Assembly: GCA_965238005.1 (NCBI GenBank)
Contig: OZ250165.1
Coordinates: 1,280,001-1,344,000, forward strand
Reading direction: 5' to 3'
DNA: 64,000 nt
DNA from: Longimicrobiales bacterium
GTDB taxonomy: Bacteria > Gemmatimonadota > Gemmatimonadetes > Longimicrobiales > Gaopeijiaceae
Both the position numbers and the translations under genes were made by a program. Under the pieces are notes generated by a model. That model was not told where the DNA came from, did not search any database, and saw only the letters and a program-made list of their open reading frames with translations. Below, one piece after another: positions 19,474 through 29,448 of this stretch (position 1 is its first letter; the number at the start of each line of letters is the position of its first letter).

Positions 19474-19597
19474 ATCCTCTCTGCAGCACGCAGGGAGATC
19501 GTGAGCGCGGTGCATCCGCACTCTCGCGGAAACTCGCGCCCCGTCGCTCGTCGCCCCTTCCCAGGCAGTCGGAAATGGGCGTCTCAGGGGAAGGACC

Positions 19598-20932
19598 ATG
19601 AAGCAGAAACCGACCAGAGGCTTGAGCCTCTTCATCCTAGCCGGCGCTCTCGCGGCGTGGCCCGTAATGGCGTGGGGTCAGGATATTCCAAGAACGCAGG
19701 CCGACTCGCTACGGGCGCAGATCGCCCAGCTCCGGGCGCAGCTCGACAGCATCGGACTGCTCCTCGAGCGGGGTGAGGCGGAACCGGCCGAAGAGGAGGA
19801 CGCCCTCGCCCGGCTCCGCGCTGCCGCCCGGGCCGCAGCGGGTGGCGCGCAGGCCGACGCGCCTGCGGAGCCGGAGGGCGACCAGGAGTTCGTGGGCCGG
19901 TCGCGCTCTCTCCAGGCACTGAACCCGGAGATCAGCGTTACGGGTGACATCTACGTTTCTGTCCAAAGCGAAGACCCGGACGCCGACAACTTCGTCCCGA
20001 GGGAGTTCGAGTTCTCCTTCGTCTCGGCCCTCGATCCGTTCACCCGGGCGAAGATCTTCGTCTCGGCGGAGGAGGAGGGGGCGGGCGTCGAGGTCTTCCC
20101 GGGCGCCGAGGAAGAGGAGGAGGAGCACGGCACCGCCCTGGTCGTCGAAGAAGGCTATATGGAGTGGGTGGGGATCGCCGGCGGGCTGGGGATCAAGGTA
20201 GGACGCTTCTTCCAGCAGTTCGGCCAGCTCAACCGCTGGCACGGCCATGCCCTCCAATTCCAGAGCCGGTCGCTCCCCCACCTGGCCTTCATCGGGGAGG
20301 AAGCACTGGCCCAGGACGGCGTATCGCTCCACTGGTTGCTTCCCAATAGCGGAGGCGGTGCGTATGAAACGACGTTTGAGGTCACGAGGAGCCGCAACGA
20401 CATCCTGTTCGGTGAATCCCACGGTCTGAGCTACCTGGGTCATTTCAACGCCTTCTGGCAGCTGTCGTCGTCCACCGATCTGGACCTGGGCTTCAGCGCC
20501 GTTTTCGGCGATCACGTCGAGGAAGACGGCCAGTTCACGAATCGACTCTTCGGTGCAGAGGCGTCGTTCAATTGGATTCCGCCGGATCGCTCCCTGTACC
20601 GCGGCTTCACTCTTCGGGGGGGCGTCATGCTCTCCGATCCGGGAGCCGTGGCCGGTCTGCCGGCGCCCGAGTCGGCCCTGGGCCTTTGGTCCCTCGCGGA
20701 GCTCAAGCTCTCGAGACAGTGGATTGCCTCCGGCCGGTACGAGTGGGTAGAGAACCCCGAGGATCCGAGTCAGACGGCGTGGCTCGCGTCGCCCGCGCTC
20801 ACGTATTGGCAGAGCGAGTTCGTCCGCCTGAGGGCCGAGTACGACATACTGGGAAACCCGGGGGAGACCACGGGGCAGTTCACGCTGCGGATCACCTTCG
20901 CCATGGGCCCGCACAGGCACGAGACGTACTGA
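19598..20932 (+). CDS. Outer-membrane beta-barrel associated with Zn/Mn uptake
   Basis: Signal peptide, coiled coil, LNPEISV...ALDPF...FGQLNRWHGH, alternating beta strands, His-containing C-terminus MGPHRHETY; first gene of a metal ABC operon. Confidence 0.78.
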   Translation: MKQKPTRGLSLFILAGALAAWPVMAWGQDIPRTQADSLRAQIAQLRAQLDSIGLLLERGEAEPAEEEDALARLRAAARAAAGGAQADAPAEPEGDQEFVGRSRSLQALNPEISVTGDIYVSVQSEDPDADNFVPREFEFSFVSALDPFTRAKIFVSAEEEGAGVEVFPGAEEEEEEHGTALVVEEGYMEWVGIAGGLGIKVGRFFQQFGQLNRWHGHALQFQSRSLPHLAFIGEEALAQDGVSLHWLLPNSGGGAYETTFEVTRSRNDILFGESHGLSYLGHFNAFWQLSSSTDLDLGFSAVFGDHVEEDGQFTNRLFGAEASFNWIPPDRSLYRGFTLRGGVMLSDPGAVAGLPAPESALGLWSLAELKLSRQWIASGRYEWVENPEDPSQTAWLASPALTYWQSEFVRLRAEYDILGNPGETTGQFTLRITFAMGPHRHETY

Positions 20933-20944
20933 GGGGATAGTGGG

Positions 20945-22009
20945 ATGATGAGAATACTTGCTGCAGTGATGATGACGGGCTGGACGCTGGGGCTCGGCGG
21001 TGGTGGATCTACCGTCGCCTCGCCAGACGGGCGCGAGCCTGTACGGGTGGTGACGACGCTTCCGGTCTACGCGGATCTCGTGCGGAAGATCGGAGGCGCG
21101 GAGGTGGAGGTGAGCTCCATCGCGTCACCCAACGAGGACTCACACTTCGTCCGACCCAAGCCCAGCTTCGCCGTCCAGATCCGTCGCGCCGACATGTTCG
21201 TCACGACCGGCTTGGACCTGGAGCTCTGGGTACCGACCCTTCTCGATCGGGCGGGGAACAGGGACGTCTCGGAAGGAGGCCGCGGTTATGTGACGGCCTA
21301 CACGGGTATCGAGCTCCTGGACATCCCGGCATCGGCCGATCGGAGCGGGGGAGATGTTCACATCTTTGGTAACCCCCACCTGGTCACCGATCCCCTCAGG
21401 GCGGTGCAGGTGGCCCGGAACATCACGGTGGGACTAACAAGGGTCGCGCCCGACCGGTCTCGAGTCTGGGACGAAGGCCTCGCGCGCTTGACCGACGAGA
21501 TCCACAGGAGGCTTTTCGGGGAGCGTCTCGTCGAGCTCCTCGAGGGGGATCTCCTGCAGCAGTTGGCCCTCCAGGGGACGCTACACTCGTTCCTCGAAGG
21601 TGAGGAGTTCGAGGGCAGGCCACTCATCGAAGAGCTCGGGGGCTGGCTCGGAGTGGCGGAGTCGTTCCGCGGCCGCGATATCATATGCTATCACAAGAAC
21701 TGGGCGTACCTCGAGGACCGCTTCGGGGTGCGCTGTGCCGATTTCGTCGAGACCAAGCCGGGCATCCCGCCCACCCCACGCCATGTGGCCGAGCTCCTGG
21801 AGGAGATGTCGAGCCAAGGCCTCGACGTGATCCTGGCGGCCTCCTACTTCGACCAGAGGAAGGTCGAGTCGGTGGCCCGACGTGGCCACGCCACGGCGGT
21901 CGTGGTCCCCATGAATCCGGGGGGCAAGGAAGGCGTGGATGACTACTTCTCCCTCGTGGACGACTGGGTCAACGGGCTGGCCGGGGCTGTTGCCCGACCG
22001 GCCGGCTGA
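20945..22009 (+). CDS. Metal ABC transporter substrate-binding protein (ZnuA/TroA family)
   Basis: VVTT, EDSHFVRPKPS, GLDLELW, GDVHIFGNPH, YHKNWAY, KPGIPPTPRH. Confidence 0.92.
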   Translation: MMRILAAVMMTGWTLGLGGGGSTVASPDGREPVRVVTTLPVYADLVRKIGGAEVEVSSIASPNEDSHFVRPKPSFAVQIRRADMFVTTGLDLELWVPTLLDRAGNRDVSEGGRGYVTAYTGIELLDIPASADRSGGDVHIFGNPHLVTDPLRAVQVARNITVGLTRVAPDRSRVWDEGLARLTDEIHRRLFGERLVELLEGDLLQQLALQGTLHSFLEGEEFEGRPLIEELGGWLGVAESFRGRDIICYHKNWAYLEDRFGVRCADFVETKPGIPPTPRHVAELLEEMSSQGLDVILAASYFDQRKVESVARRGHATAVVVPMNPGGKEGVDDYFSLVDDWVNGLAGAVARPAG

Positions 22010-22063
22010 CCACGGCGCCCCGACCCTCTTTGTGGCTCGCGAACTTTGGAGACGGAACACTAG
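22010..22063 (-). mobile_element. Truncated MITE copy filling the whole SBP-permease intergenic space
   Basis: ccacggcgccccgaccctctttgtggctcgcgaactttggagacggaacactag matches the MITE left end (reverse complement); it starts right after the TGA and ends right before the ATG. Confidence 0.85.
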
Positions 22064-22885
22064 ATGCTCGACTTGATGCTCGCGCCCATCGCGGCAGGCC
22101 TTGTCATCCTCGCGCTTCACACGTATCTGGGCCTGCACGTCATCGCTCGGGGCGTGATCTTCGTGGACCTGGCGTTCGCGCAGATCGCCGCCTTGGGCAC
22201 CACCGTGGGCCTGCTGATTGGGGTGGAGCACGGGACGCCCCTGTCGCTGGCCTTCTCACTCGGTTTCACGCTTCTGGGGGCCCTGATCTTCTCGTTCAGC
22301 CGCCTCAAGGAGACGGTGGTGCCCCAGGAGGCCATCATCGGAATCACCTTCGTAGTGGCCTCCGCGGCGGTCATCCTCATCACCGGCTTCACTGCCGAGG
22401 GGGCGGAGCACGTGACGGAGACGATGACGGGCACCCTCATCTGGGTGACCTGGCCGCAGATCCTGCGCATGGCTGCGGTCTACGCCGCCCTAGGCGTCTT
22501 CTATTACGTGTTCCGAGGCCGTTTTGTCGCTTCGTCTCTGCGTGACGACACCGTCAGCCGGGCACGGCTCTGGGACTTCCTCTTCTACGTGCCCTTCGGG
22601 ATCGTCATCTCGTTCTCCGTCGCCATCGCCGGCGTGCTCATGGTGTTCTGCGCCCTTGTGATCCCCGCCGTCGTGGCCTTCCTGTTCACGAGCCGATTCC
22701 TCGCGGCGCTCGCCCTGGCGTGGGCCGTGGGAACGGTCGCGTTAGTGGCCGGGGTGGTGGCGTCTTTCGTGTTGGACGTCGCGACGGGGCCGCTTCTGGT
22801 GTGCGTGTTCGGGCTGACGCTGGTCATCGCACTGTTGGTTCGGTGGGGGACGGGTATCCGGCCCGGGGTCGTGCTAAAGGCCTGA
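22064..22885 (+). CDS. Metal ABC transporter permease (ABC-3/ZnuB family)
   Basis: HTYLGLHVIARGVIFVDLAFAQIAALG, QEAIIG, multiple TM helices. Confidence 0.9.
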   Translation: MLDLMLAPIAAGLVILALHTYLGLHVIARGVIFVDLAFAQIAALGTTVGLLIGVEHGTPLSLAFSLGFTLLGALIFSFSRLKETVVPQEAIIGITFVVASAAVILITGFTAEGAEHVTETMTGTLIWVTWPQILRMAAVYAALGVFYYVFRGRFVASSLRDDTVSRARLWDFLFYVPFGIVISFSVAIAGVLMVFCALVIPAVVAFLFTSRFLAALALAWAVGTVALVAGVVASFVLDVATGPLLVCVFGLTLVIALLVRWGTGIRPGVVLKA

Positions 22886-23008
22886 GACGTCGTGGTGCAC
22901 GCGCGAGATCCGCGATGCCCAGCGTTCCTTGGTCGGCAGCTGTGACCTTGAGGTAGATTCGCTGTATCCCTTGTCAGCGCATCGTCGAATGTGAGCATGG
23001 AGGTCGCT

Positions 23009-23594
23009 TTGAACCGTCTCTTGTGCGCTATTGGTGTCGTCGCTTCCCGCCGCGCTGAGCTGTGGCGGAGGCAGCGATCCGGTGGGACCCATCCAGTCGG
23101 GTCCCATGGAGATCACGATCAACGGCATCAGCCCGTCGAACATCACTGCCGGAATAATCGACAGGGATGTGAGCATCAACACTGCTGGCGCCAACCTGTG
23201 GTCGAGCTATGTGCGGCTCACCACCGACCTGTGTGGCCGGGAGCCCGTGGGTTTCGCGATCAGCGCACTGGCTCTCACACTCGACTTCGAGGGGAGCGTG
23301 AACGTCTCTGTATTGGATGACGTCATCGACGGCACGGTGACGGTCTACTTCGCCAGCACCCAGGGAAATGACGCCTCCGCGGTGAAGGTCGACCTCGGCA
23401 GGGGAGTGGTATCCGGCGTCGGTCCGGTGGGGCTGGAGGAGGTGAGCACCCGGGAGACGCTGGCGGCCGTACACACTCGGATGTTGGGGAGCGACTTTCA
23501 TGTGGGCATCCGAGCCGAGACCTCGCGGACGGACAGCGACGACTTCTCCATGGCGGTGGAGGTGTCGTTCCTCGCCCGCGCGCTTTGTGAGTAG
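23009..23594 (+). CDS. Hypothetical lipoprotein, probable frameshift in the signal peptide
   Basis: GGAGG then TTG 23009 (MNRLLCAIG...) is out of frame with the lipobox ALSC-GGGSDP of the 23031 ORF; one indel near 23025-23047 would join them. Confidence 0.6.
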
Positions 23595-23627
23595 GCGTTC
23601 CCCCGTGCGGCTACACCTCGAGGTTCC

Positions 23628-24161
23628 TCAGAACGACCAGTTCACGATAGGGAGGAACTGAAGACTCTCCTTCCCGCTGATGATGTTGATGAGGCCGATC
23701 TGGATCCCGTACATGTTCTCGGCCCAGTTCACGATCCCGAGCTGGAAGCCCGAGATGTCCCGGGCCCGATTGAAGATCCCGAACTGGAACGCTTCGCCGA
23801 AATCGATCTCGTTATAGAGACCGAAGCCCTGGACGCCGAAGAACTCAGCTTGATTGATGTTCACCAGAAGGTTGTCCTGCCACCCCAGGAAGGCGCCTTC
23901 GACGACGCCGTACTGGAGCCCCTTGGACAGGCCGCCCGTGTTGTGATTCACCACGCCGATGTCGAGGCCCCGGACGTCGACGTTCTTGTTGTAGAGACCT
24001 AGCCGCAGGATTCGGATGGCCGAGTCCTCTCCCCGCAGCTGGAGGGGTGGGAAGAGCGAGAGCTCGAAGTTCTCGACGGACTCCTGAGCTGCGACCTGAA
24101 TAGGGGAGACCGCGACTGCAATGAGAAATCCGACCACTAGGACGAACGGAGACGCTCTCAC
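23628..24161 (-). CDS. Secreted LA_2272-like G-x-Q-x-G-x-x-N repeat protein
   Basis: GTG 24161 after GGGAGGG; signal peptide; repeats GLQYGVV, AFQFGIFN, GFQLGIVN, GIQIGLIN; ends FLPIVNWSF. Confidence 0.75.
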   Translation of the reverse strand: MRASPFVLVVGFLIAVAVSPIQVAAQESVENFELSLFPPLQLRGEDSAIRILRLGLYNKNVDVRGLDIGVVNHNTGGLSKGLQYGVVEGAFLGWQDNLLVNINQAEFFGVQGFGLYNEIDFGEAFQFGIFNRARDISGFQLGIVNWAENMYGIQIGLINIISGKESLQFLPIVNWSF

Positions 24162-24232
24162 TGGTCCCTCCCTACCTTGATGTCTGATGGTCTTGTTCGT
24201 GGTTTCCAAGGCGAAACACGCCCAGGGTACGC

Positions 24233-24298
24233 TCACTCTACCCGGAGCGCCACTATTGGGTCGATGCGGGCGGCCCGCACTGCGGGGATAGCGGCCAA
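24233..24298 (-). pseudogene. Second FtsX/ADOP permease C-terminal remnant
   Basis: Hand translation LAAIPAVRAARIDPIVALRVE*. Confidence 0.7.
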
Positions 24299-24355
24299 GG
24301 CGGGCCGGCGTCAGATGGAGCGGAGGGCGTGCCGTAGGTCGCGTCCCATGTTCGA

Positions 24356-26596
24356 TTAGCTCTTGAGGATCCGGGTCGCCTGCTCGAGGGCTTCGGAGAC
24401 CCTATTCAGCATGTCTGCCACCAGGCCGATGTGCTCGGTGGCCTCGTCCCAGTCCCTCAGCTCGATGGCCTCGCGAATCCCCGGTAGCGTCTTCACCCCG
24501 TAGCCGGTGTGGAAGCCGGGTGCGTAGATCTGATGCCGATACCATGGACGTCGCGGCAGGCCCTCGTCGTTGGTCATGAGCCGCTCCGTGGTCTTTAGCA
24601 CGCGATTCAGGGCCTGGGCCTCGGCTGCCGTGGCGCCCGTCTCCATCACGCGCCGCATCTCCACATCCAGCGCCTTCGCGCTCGTCTCGAGGCGCCGCAC
24701 GGCGTTTTGCAGGGGCGCGAAACTCAGATACGGCACGTCGTCCTCGGCCTCCGGCGGCACGTAGGTCTGGGTGGGGTCGGCGGCCAGGCCGTAGGCGTTC
24801 ATGGCCACCAGCCGGTTTTTCCGATCCGTCGAGGCCCGGGTGTCCTCCAGGAGCTCCATGACCTCGCCGGCGTACAGCGCCACGTTGTCAGCGAAGTTCT
24901 CGAAGCGCATGGGCAGCACGTCGGCGTTGGCGAGGCGCAGGGCCAAGCGTCCGGTGGTCTTCGAGAGCGTCACCCCGTAGTGGAAGCCCGGATCTCCGAA
25001 GCGTGTGTAGTGCTCGAAGGAATCGAACTGTGAGTGATACGACCCTCCGCCGTTCTCTCCGCCGTAGCTCACGTTCAGTGAGGCGATGCCCAGGTGCTGG
25101 AGGAAGGGCGTGTAGTCCGAGCCCGAGCCCAGGGGGCTGATGCGGAGGTCGGGACGCGTGGTGGCCTCGGCGTCTCCGGACACGGCTCGCTGGGCCTGGA
25201 CCCGCTCCCAGACCGACACGCCGGTCTGGGGATCCTCCACTTCGCGGGCCACCTCGTTCACCAGCCGTTCGAGGGTGTGGGAGCCTCCCACGCGCAGGAA
25301 GCCGCGACCGTTCCCGTCCGTGTTGATGTACGCGACGGCCTTCTCCCGGAGCTCGTCGGCATGGTGCTCCGCCCATTCGGTGGATCCCAAGAGGCCAGGC
25401 TCCTCGGCGTCCCACGAGGCGTAGACGATGGTCCGCTTGGGCCGCCGGCCGCTCTGGGCCAGGACCCCGATGGCCCGGGCCTCCTCCAGGAGCGCCACAT
25501 GGCCGCTGATGGGATCTCCGGCTCCCATGGCCCAGCCGTCCCGGTGGTTCCCCCGGATGATCCACTCGTCTGGGTACTCCGAGCCCTCCATGCGGGCGAT
25601 GACGTCGTACGCGGGCTCGAGGTTCCAGTCGAACTCGAGGTGGACCCGCACGGTGACAGGCCCGGGCCCGATGTGATAGGTGAGGGGCAGTGCACCGCGC
25701 CAGGCGGCAGGCGCCACGGGGCCGCCCATGGCCTTCAGGAGTGGCAGCGCGTCGCCCCAAGAGATGGGGAGAACCGGGATCTTCATGATGGCCGGCGCCT
25801 CTTCGACCGTGTAGCGCTCGGCGTCCTCGGTGGCGCCCACGAAGGGCGTGAGTGGATCGCCTGGGTAGAGAGGCATGTCCGTAACCGAACCCCTCTGCAC
25901 GCCCCACTTCATCCGGTAGGGACCTTCGGGATAGACGTCCCCCTGGAAGTACCCGTCGTCCCTGGGATCGGAGTAGAGGATCGTGGCGACGGCGCCCTTC
26001 TCGTGGGCGAGCTTCGGCTTGATCCCCCTCCACGATCCGCCGTAGCGCGCGATGATGATCTTGCCCCGGACGTCGATCCCCCGGCGCTCGAGCTCCTCGT
26101 AGTCGCCTGGGATACCGTAGTTCACGTAGACCAGCTCGGCCGTGACGTCTCCGTCGGCGCTGTAGGCGTTGTACGAGGGGAGACGCCCGTCCACACCGGA
26201 GCTGGCATCCTCCGGAATCACCGGCTCCTCAAGCCGGGCCCGATACCGCTCCGGAGCCACCATCTCCACCTCCCGGATGCGCGGCTTCGGGAACAGCACG
26301 CGGTACTCCACGATCTCGGCCTCGTATCCCCACTCCCGGAAGAGATCACGCACGAACTCGGCGTTCTCCTTGTTGTGCGGCGCACCCACGAAGAATGGCT
26401 CGGCGGTGATGCGCTCCATCCACTCCCGCAGGTTGTCGCGGTTCATCTGTTCGTCCAGGCGCGCCTCGAGCTGGCGCTGAGTCGCGGCGGACTCGGCCGA
26501 GAACCCCAGCATGGAGGACTCTTGGCCGTCGAGGGTCGACGCCAGGAAGAAGAGCGGGCTGAGGACGGCCATAAGGGCTCTGACTCGGTACGGCAT
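24356..26596 (-). CDS. M28 glutamate carboxypeptidase II-like peptidase (PA domain + TfR dimerisation domain)
   Basis: YVNYG, GNHRDGW, GAGDP, SWDAEEPGLLGSTEW, LGSGSDY, YHS, RPWYRH. Confidence 0.92.
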   Translation of the reverse strand: MPYRVRALMAVLSPLFFLASTLDGQESSMLGFSAESAATQRQLEARLDEQMNRDNLREWMERITAEPFFVGAPHNKENAEFVRDLFREWGYEAEIVEYRVLFPKPRIREVEMVAPERYRARLEEPVIPEDASSGVDGRLPSYNAYSADGDVTAELVYVNYGIPGDYEELERRGIDVRGKIIIARYGGSWRGIKPKLAHEKGAVATILYSDPRDDGYFQGDVYPEGPYRMKWGVQRGSVTDMPLYPGDPLTPFVGATEDAERYTVEEAPAIMKIPVLPISWGDALPLLKAMGGPVAPAAWRGALPLTYHIGPGPVTVRVHLEFDWNLEPAYDVIARMEGSEYPDEWIIRGNHRDGWAMGAGDPISGHVALLEEARAIGVLAQSGRRPKRTIVYASWDAEEPGLLGSTEWAEHHADELREKAVAYINTDGNGRGFLRVGGSHTLERLVNEVAREVEDPQTGVSVWERVQAQRAVSGDAEATTRPDLRISPLGSGSDYTPFLQHLGIASLNVSYGGENGGGSYHSQFDSFEHYTRFGDPGFHYGVTLSKTTGRLALRLANADVLPMRFENFADNVALYAGEVMELLEDTRASTDRKNRLVAMNAYGLAADPTQTYVPPEAEDDVPYLSFAPLQNAVRRLETSAKALDVEMRRVMETGATAAEAQALNRVLKTTERLMTNDEGLPRRPWYRHQIYAPGFHTGYGVKTLPGIREAIELRDWDEATEHIGLVADMLNRVSEALEQATRILKS

Positions 26597-26833
26597 CGGT
26601 CTGTCTCCGGGAGGTCAAGCGCTGGTGTCGGAATGCTCTGTTGCGATCCTCGAGTCAGGGTCGAGGAGCGAACGCCTAGAGTACGACGGGGAGGGAAACG
26701 AGGAAACCGGAGGAGGCGGGAAGAACTGGCGGGAGGGTGTCGGCCCGACTCACGTTGTCGGGCCTGTAGCTTCACCGTCAAGGCTAGAGCGGCTCGGGGG
26801 GGGACGGCCCAACGAAAAGAAGCGGAGGATGGA

Positions 26834-27833
26834 ATGCGGGTCCCATTCGGAGTCACGCTCCTCGTTCTCGTCCATGCCGCCGCGTCGGGCTCGCGGGAGA
26901 TCGCGGGCCAGGCCTTCGAGTTCGCCTTTTTGGGTGACAACCCCTACGGGTCGGCGAGCGTCGCCAGATTCGAGTCCCTCATTGAGGACGTAAACGGGCG
27001 AGACGGCATCCAGTGGGTCATCCACGTGGGAGACGTAAAGGCAGGCGCAGACTCCTGTTCGGACGAGTTCCTCCAGGGTCGATTCGACCTCTATCAGCTG
27101 TTCGACGCGCCCTTCGTCCTCACCCCGGGCGACAACGATTGGTTCGACTGTGGACAGGAAAGCGCGGGCGCGTACGACGTATACGAGCGCCTCGATTATT
27201 TTCGGCAGCTCTTCTTCCCGATTCCGGGGCAGACGACGGGGGGGCGCCCGATGGCGGTGCGCACCCAGGCCTCGGAGCCGCGCTTCGGAGAGTTCGTCGA
27301 GAACGTGATGTGGACCCGAGAGGACGTGGTGTTCTCCACGCTTCACCTGGTCCGGACCACCCCGCCGCCCCCCGATCCCGCGGTGGCCGAGCGCAGGATG
27401 GATGCCGCTCTACAGTGGATTCACCAGACGTTCGAGCTCGCGCATGAGCTGGGCAGCCCGGCCGTCTTCATGGCGATGCAGGCCGATCCCTGGATGGCCT
27501 GGGGGGCTTCCCCTCGTGCTCGGCGTCGTATGCCCGCAATGCCTGCTGCCCTCGGCCGGATTGGACCGGCTCTATCCGGTCCTGGTGGAGGAGTCCCTGG
27601 CGTTTGGCCGGCCTGTGGTCCTGGCGGTTGGGGATACCCACGTCTTCCGGGTCGACAAGCCTCTCTACGACTCGAAGACCGAGCAGTCCGTCGAGAACTT
27701 CACCCGTGTCGAAACGTTCGGTAACCCGTTGGTCCACTGGGTGCGGGTGGTCGTCGATCCCGGCGAGCCCCGAGTGTTCACGTTCCACCAGCAGATCGTC
27801 ACGGCCAACACGGGCGGACCGCCCGGACCCTGA
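26834..27833 (+). CDS. Secreted calcineurin-like metallophosphoesterase, 1-bp frameshift at G6 run 27501-27506
   Basis: FLGDNPY, IHVGDVK, TPGDNDW; after removing one G the frame continues WGLPLVLG...LAVGDTHVFRVDKP...FTRVETFG. Confidence 0.82.
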
Positions 27834-27921
27834 GCGGCATGCCCGCGTCGGAACCGGATGCTCCCGGGTCCGGCCCCCAGTGAGAGGCGCGCGCAGGGCC
27901 TCACTTCGGGTTCAACGTCAA

Positions 27922-28005
27922 CGAGGACACGGCCACCTTGAAGAAGTCGGGGTAGACGAGCATGGCCGCTGTCGACATGAAACCCCCACCCGAATGGCCG
28001 TAGAT
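27922..28005 (-). pseudogene. 84-bp remnant of an S9 (DPP-IV-like) peptidase spanning the catalytic serine
   Basis: Hand translation IYGHSGGGFMSTAAMLVYPDFFKVAVSS; no flanking homology. Confidence 0.8.
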
Positions 28006-28009
28006 GCAT

Positions 28010-28037
28010 GGTGATGTCAATACTTATTATGTCATTT
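28010..28037 (+). other. dif-like (XerC/XerD) site candidate
   Basis: GGTGATGTCAA-TACTTA-TTATGTCATTT; 17/28 identical to E. coli dif with the 11-6-11 layout, in an AT-rich patch. Confidence 0.35.
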
Positions 28038-28248
28038 ACATGTCTATAAAGTAGACAAGCCTCGTTGCCGCCAACCGTTCTTCTCTCTGGCACTTACAGC
28101 GAGCTGGCGGTTGCGATGAGGCCGAACGAAGTCGTCATCCTACGACGGACGCCGGTCCTGCAAGAGGAGCCGTGCCTGGAGACCGCTTGACGCGAGTCAC
28201 CCCTGTCCGGGAGGTTGCTCGTCTACCACAACATCAACGGAGCTTGCC

Positions 28249-29307
28249 GTGATGCGTCGTATGCCTCTCCTCGTTTGCCTGTCACTCTTGCTGCCATCTG
28301 CCGGACCATTGGCCGCCCAGCTCCGCCTGACCCGGACGGAACAGGAGAGTGGGACCAGCGTGCTCCTTCAGGCCGTCAGCCCCGTCAGCGATCAGATCGT
28401 ATGGGCCAGCGGTCATGGCGGGACCTTCGCCCGGACCACGGATGGGGGAAGGAGCTGGACGGCTCGTGTCATGCCCGGTGAGGAGACCCTCCAGTTCAGG
28501 GATGTGGACGCCTTCAGCGCCGAGACGGCGTATCTGATGAGCGCGGGAAGCGGAACGGTGTCGCGCATCTACCGTACCGACGACGGTGGAGAGACCTGGG
28601 ATCTCCAGTTCCGGAACGAGCATCCGGACGGCTACCTCGACTGCATGGCGTTCTGGGACGTGGACCATGGGATCGCGTTCGGCGACGAGGGCGAGGGGCA
28701 GCTCTTCATCCTCCGAACAGACGATGGCGGTGCCTCCTGGAATCGAGTGCCCTCGAGTGCGCTCCCTCCCGCTCAGGAAGGAGAGGGTGGATTCGCAGCG
28801 AGCGGAAGCTGCGTCGCCACTGGGCCGGGCGGACGAGCTTGGATCGCCACGGGGAACGGCGAGCGCGCCAGGGTGCTATTGACCCGAGACGGTGGTGGGA
28901 CCTGGACGGACTCCAGGGTGCCCGTTCTGGGAGGGGCGGCGGCCGGGCTGACCACCATCGGTTTCCTGGACGACGAGACGGGAGTAGCGTTGGGGGGCCT
29001 GATCGGGCAGGACAGGGTGATTGTCGACAACGTGGCGCTCACGGTGGACGGGGGCCTGACGTGGACGCGGGGAGGCAGGCCTCGCATGGCCGGTCCCATC
29101 TACGGCTCCTCCTGGGTGCCGGGAGCCTCGCGGCCCACGATCTTTGTCGTGGGCCCCAGCGGAGCCGACTTCTCGGCGGATGGTGGTCGGACCTGGCGAG
29201 CGGCGGATGCGCGCACCTACTTTGCCGTCGCCTTCGTGTCTCCGGTGCGAGGGTGGGCGGTTGGTCCGCAGGGCCGGATCACTCGATTCGGATTCCGGGG
29301 CGGCTGA
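28249..29307 (+). CDS. Secreted Ycf48/BNR-repeat beta-propeller protein
   Basis: Signal peptide; repeated RTxDGGxS/TW; LQFRDV, EGGFAASGSC. Confidence 0.85.
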   Translation: MMRRMPLLVCLSLLLPSAGPLAAQLRLTRTEQESGTSVLLQAVSPVSDQIVWASGHGGTFARTTDGGRSWTARVMPGEETLQFRDVDAFSAETAYLMSAGSGTVSRIYRTDDGGETWDLQFRNEHPDGYLDCMAFWDVDHGIAFGDEGEGQLFILRTDDGGASWNRVPSSALPPAQEGEGGFAASGSCVATGPGGRAWIATGNGERARVLLTRDGGGTWTDSRVPVLGGAAAGLTTIGFLDDETGVALGGLIGQDRVIVDNVALTVDGGLTWTRGGRPRMAGPIYGSSWVPGASRPTIFVVGPSGADFSADGGRTWRAADARTYFAVAFVSPVRGWAVGPQGRITRFGFRGG

Positions 29308-29448
29308 TCGGCGGACGCCCGTGTGCCGTTCCACGCGGTCCCGTGTTGCTCGGCTCGGGAACTTCCGTACCGGGTGACGGGATATGGAGGGACCAGCGAA
29401 AGACGGGTCCGCGCTATTTGGGCGGTCCCGGCTTAACCGGAGGGACCC

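Noticed and set aside
25094..26833. 876-aa plus-strand ORF 25094..27724 and other long antisense ORFs (e.g. 7525..9060, 19709..20920, 28876..30285, 32829..34328, 62466..63656)
   Set aside because: Shadow ORFs opposite well-supported genes, typical of high-GC DNA; only the part from 26834 encodes the metallophosphoesterase.
28110..28150. gatgaggccgaacgaa resembling a hammerhead ribozyme core
   Set aside because: Lacks an intact CUGAUGA, stem II and GAAA; probably chance.
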